DNA from: Escherichia coli
GTDB taxonomy: Bacteria; Pseudomonadota; Gammaproteobacteria; Enterobacterales; Enterobacteriaceae
Direction: 5' to 3' (one strand)
DNA: 458 bases
Assembly (NCBI RefSeq): GCF_003334255.1
Contig: NZ_QOWU01000236.1
Shown: in pieces, positions 1-458 of the stretch
Layout: every line of letters begins with the position of its first letter
Numbering within the stretch: the first letter of the stretch is position 1
Position numbers and translations under genes: made by a program
Notes under the pieces: generated by a model
What the model was told of the DNA's origin: nothing
Databases searched by the model: none
Seen by the model: only the letters and a program-made list of their open reading frames with translations

Positions 1-458
1 CTTCCCAGCTGGCTGTCAGGTTTTGGTGTACCAAACGGCATGTTCTCCTGGTAAATCTGCGCCCCCATGAAGTTTTCGTTCATGGCAAGATTCGCAAACG
101 GACGCAGAATTGTCGGTGCTGCATTTTTCAGCAATGCCCCGGACAGCGTTTCCGACGTCTCACTGCCAATCGGGCTGAATGCCCCCAGGATACCACCGAC
201 AACATTACCGGCAGCACGGGACGCCGTCAGGTCACCAGCAGCCACACCTTCAGAGGTATGCCCGAGCAGGAAGAAAACGTTGTACCCGTAAGGCAGAGGA
301 ATACTCCAGTACTCTCCGGCCCTGCCCCCGAACATCGATTTCATAATGACGAGGTTACGCTCTTTCACATGATACGGCACCTTGTCGTACCAGTTAACCC
401 CGTCATCATCCTCACCCGCCACACTGCGGTTAAGCGAGCCAAGCAGATAACCCGCTCC
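1..458 (-). CDS. Internal fragment of a protein-coding gene (5' and 3' ends both outside the window); hypothetical protein of unassigned function
   Basis: Reverse-complement translation from + position 458 gives 152 sense codons with no stop (codons occupy + 458..3, plus 2 nt of the next codon at + 2..1): GAGYLLGSLNRSVAGEDDDGVNWYDKVPYHVKERNLVIMKSMFGGRAGEYWSIPLPYGYNVFFLLGHTSEGVAAGDLTASRAAGNVVGGILGAFSPIGSETSETLSGALLKNAAPTILRPFANLAMNENFMGAQIYQENMPFGTPKPDSQLG. Third positions are mostly C/G/T with few A-ending codons, and common enterobacterial codons dominate (CTG, GCG, CCG, AAC, GAC, GGT, TTC, TAC). Amino-acid composition is balanced and protein-like. The other two minus frames stop within about 30 codons (TGA and TAA), and + frames 1 and 2 contain several stops. 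The in-register + frame 3 is open but uses rare codons (CGG, CGA, AGG, AGA, ATA) and encodes a Cys/Arg/His-rich peptide, as expected of an antisense strand. No internal ATG has a convincing Shine-Dalgarno, so the true start is probably beyond + position 458. Function was not assigned because no search could be run. Confidence 0.8.

Noticed and set aside
39-49. Possible internal start on the minus strand: ATG (read as cat at + 39..41) preceded by AGGAG (read as ctcct at + 45..49)
   Set aside because: Only 3 nt separate the AGGAG from the ATG, which is shorter than the usual Shine-Dalgarno spacing, and the frame is open for 139 codons upstream of it. It is most likely an internal Met codon (QENMPFG) rather than a start.
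232-239. Near-Chi sequence: minus strand reads GCTGGTGA (Chi is GCTGGTGG)
   Set aside because: One mismatch at the last position, so it is not a canonical Chi site, and a single near-match of an 8-mer in a coding region is expected by chance.
67-291. Tracked + strand ORF of 74 aa (MKFSFMARFANGRRIVGAAFFSNAPDSVSDVSLPIGLNAPRIPPTTLPAARDAVRSPAATPSEVCPSRKKTLYP)
   Set aside because: It lies wholly antisense to the stronger minus-strand coding frame and over that gene's GC-rich Gly/Ala codons, which rarely create antisense stops. The peptide is low-complexity (Pro/Ala/Ser/Arg-rich) and no purine-rich Shine-Dalgarno precedes the ATG at 67 (upstream sequence is atctgcgccccc). Most likely a shadow ORF.
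154-398. Short 6-bp palindromes (GACGTC 154-159, AGTACT 308-313, ATCGAT 334-339, GTTAAC 393-398)
   Set aside because: About 7 six-base palindromes are expected by chance in 458 bp. They have no extended inverted-repeat arms, no stem-loop with a following T-run, and no operator-like spacing, so they are treated as coincidental.
3-458. + frame 3 open across the whole window (SQLAVRFWCTKRHVLLVNLRPHEVFVHGKIRKRTQNCRCC...)
   Set aside because: This is the in-register antisense of the minus-strand gene. Its translation is Cys/Arg/His-rich and uses many rare enterobacterial codons (CGG, CGA, AGG, AGA, ATA), so it is not protein-like.
1-458. Scan for CRISPR repeats, tRNA/rRNA-like structure, IS terminal inverted repeats, promoter -35/-10 boxes and rho-independent terminators
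   Set aside because: No repeated units of 20 bp or more, no clover-leaf-compatible segments, and no GC-rich hairpin followed by a poly-T tract were found. The window is continuous coding sequence, so intergenic signals are not expected and none could be supported.

Overview
This 458-bp window (about 55% G+C by hand count) appears to lie entirely inside one protein-coding gene on the minus strand. The reverse-complement frame that starts at + position 458 reads through 152 codons without a stop and continues past both window edges, so neither the start nor the stop is visible. Its codon usage is enterobacterial-like (CTG, GCG, CCG, AAC, GAC, GGT; one AGG) and its composition is protein-like. 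The only ORF in the supplied track (+67..291) is almost certainly an antisense shadow of this gene. The supplied track omits this through-window frame, presumably because it lacks an in-window start and stop. The + frame in the same triplet register (+ frame 3) is also stop-free, but it translates to a Cys/Arg/His-rich peptide on rare codons and is rejected. I cannot assign a product by eye: no catalytic or nucleotide-binding motif is recognisable. The fragment contains an aromatic-rich block followed by a Gly/Ala/Ser/Thr-rich small-residue segment. No RNA gene, CRISPR repeat, IS terminus, promoter or terminator can be supported. Nothing in 458 bp demonstrates a multi-gene system; identity and context need a database search and flanking sequence.
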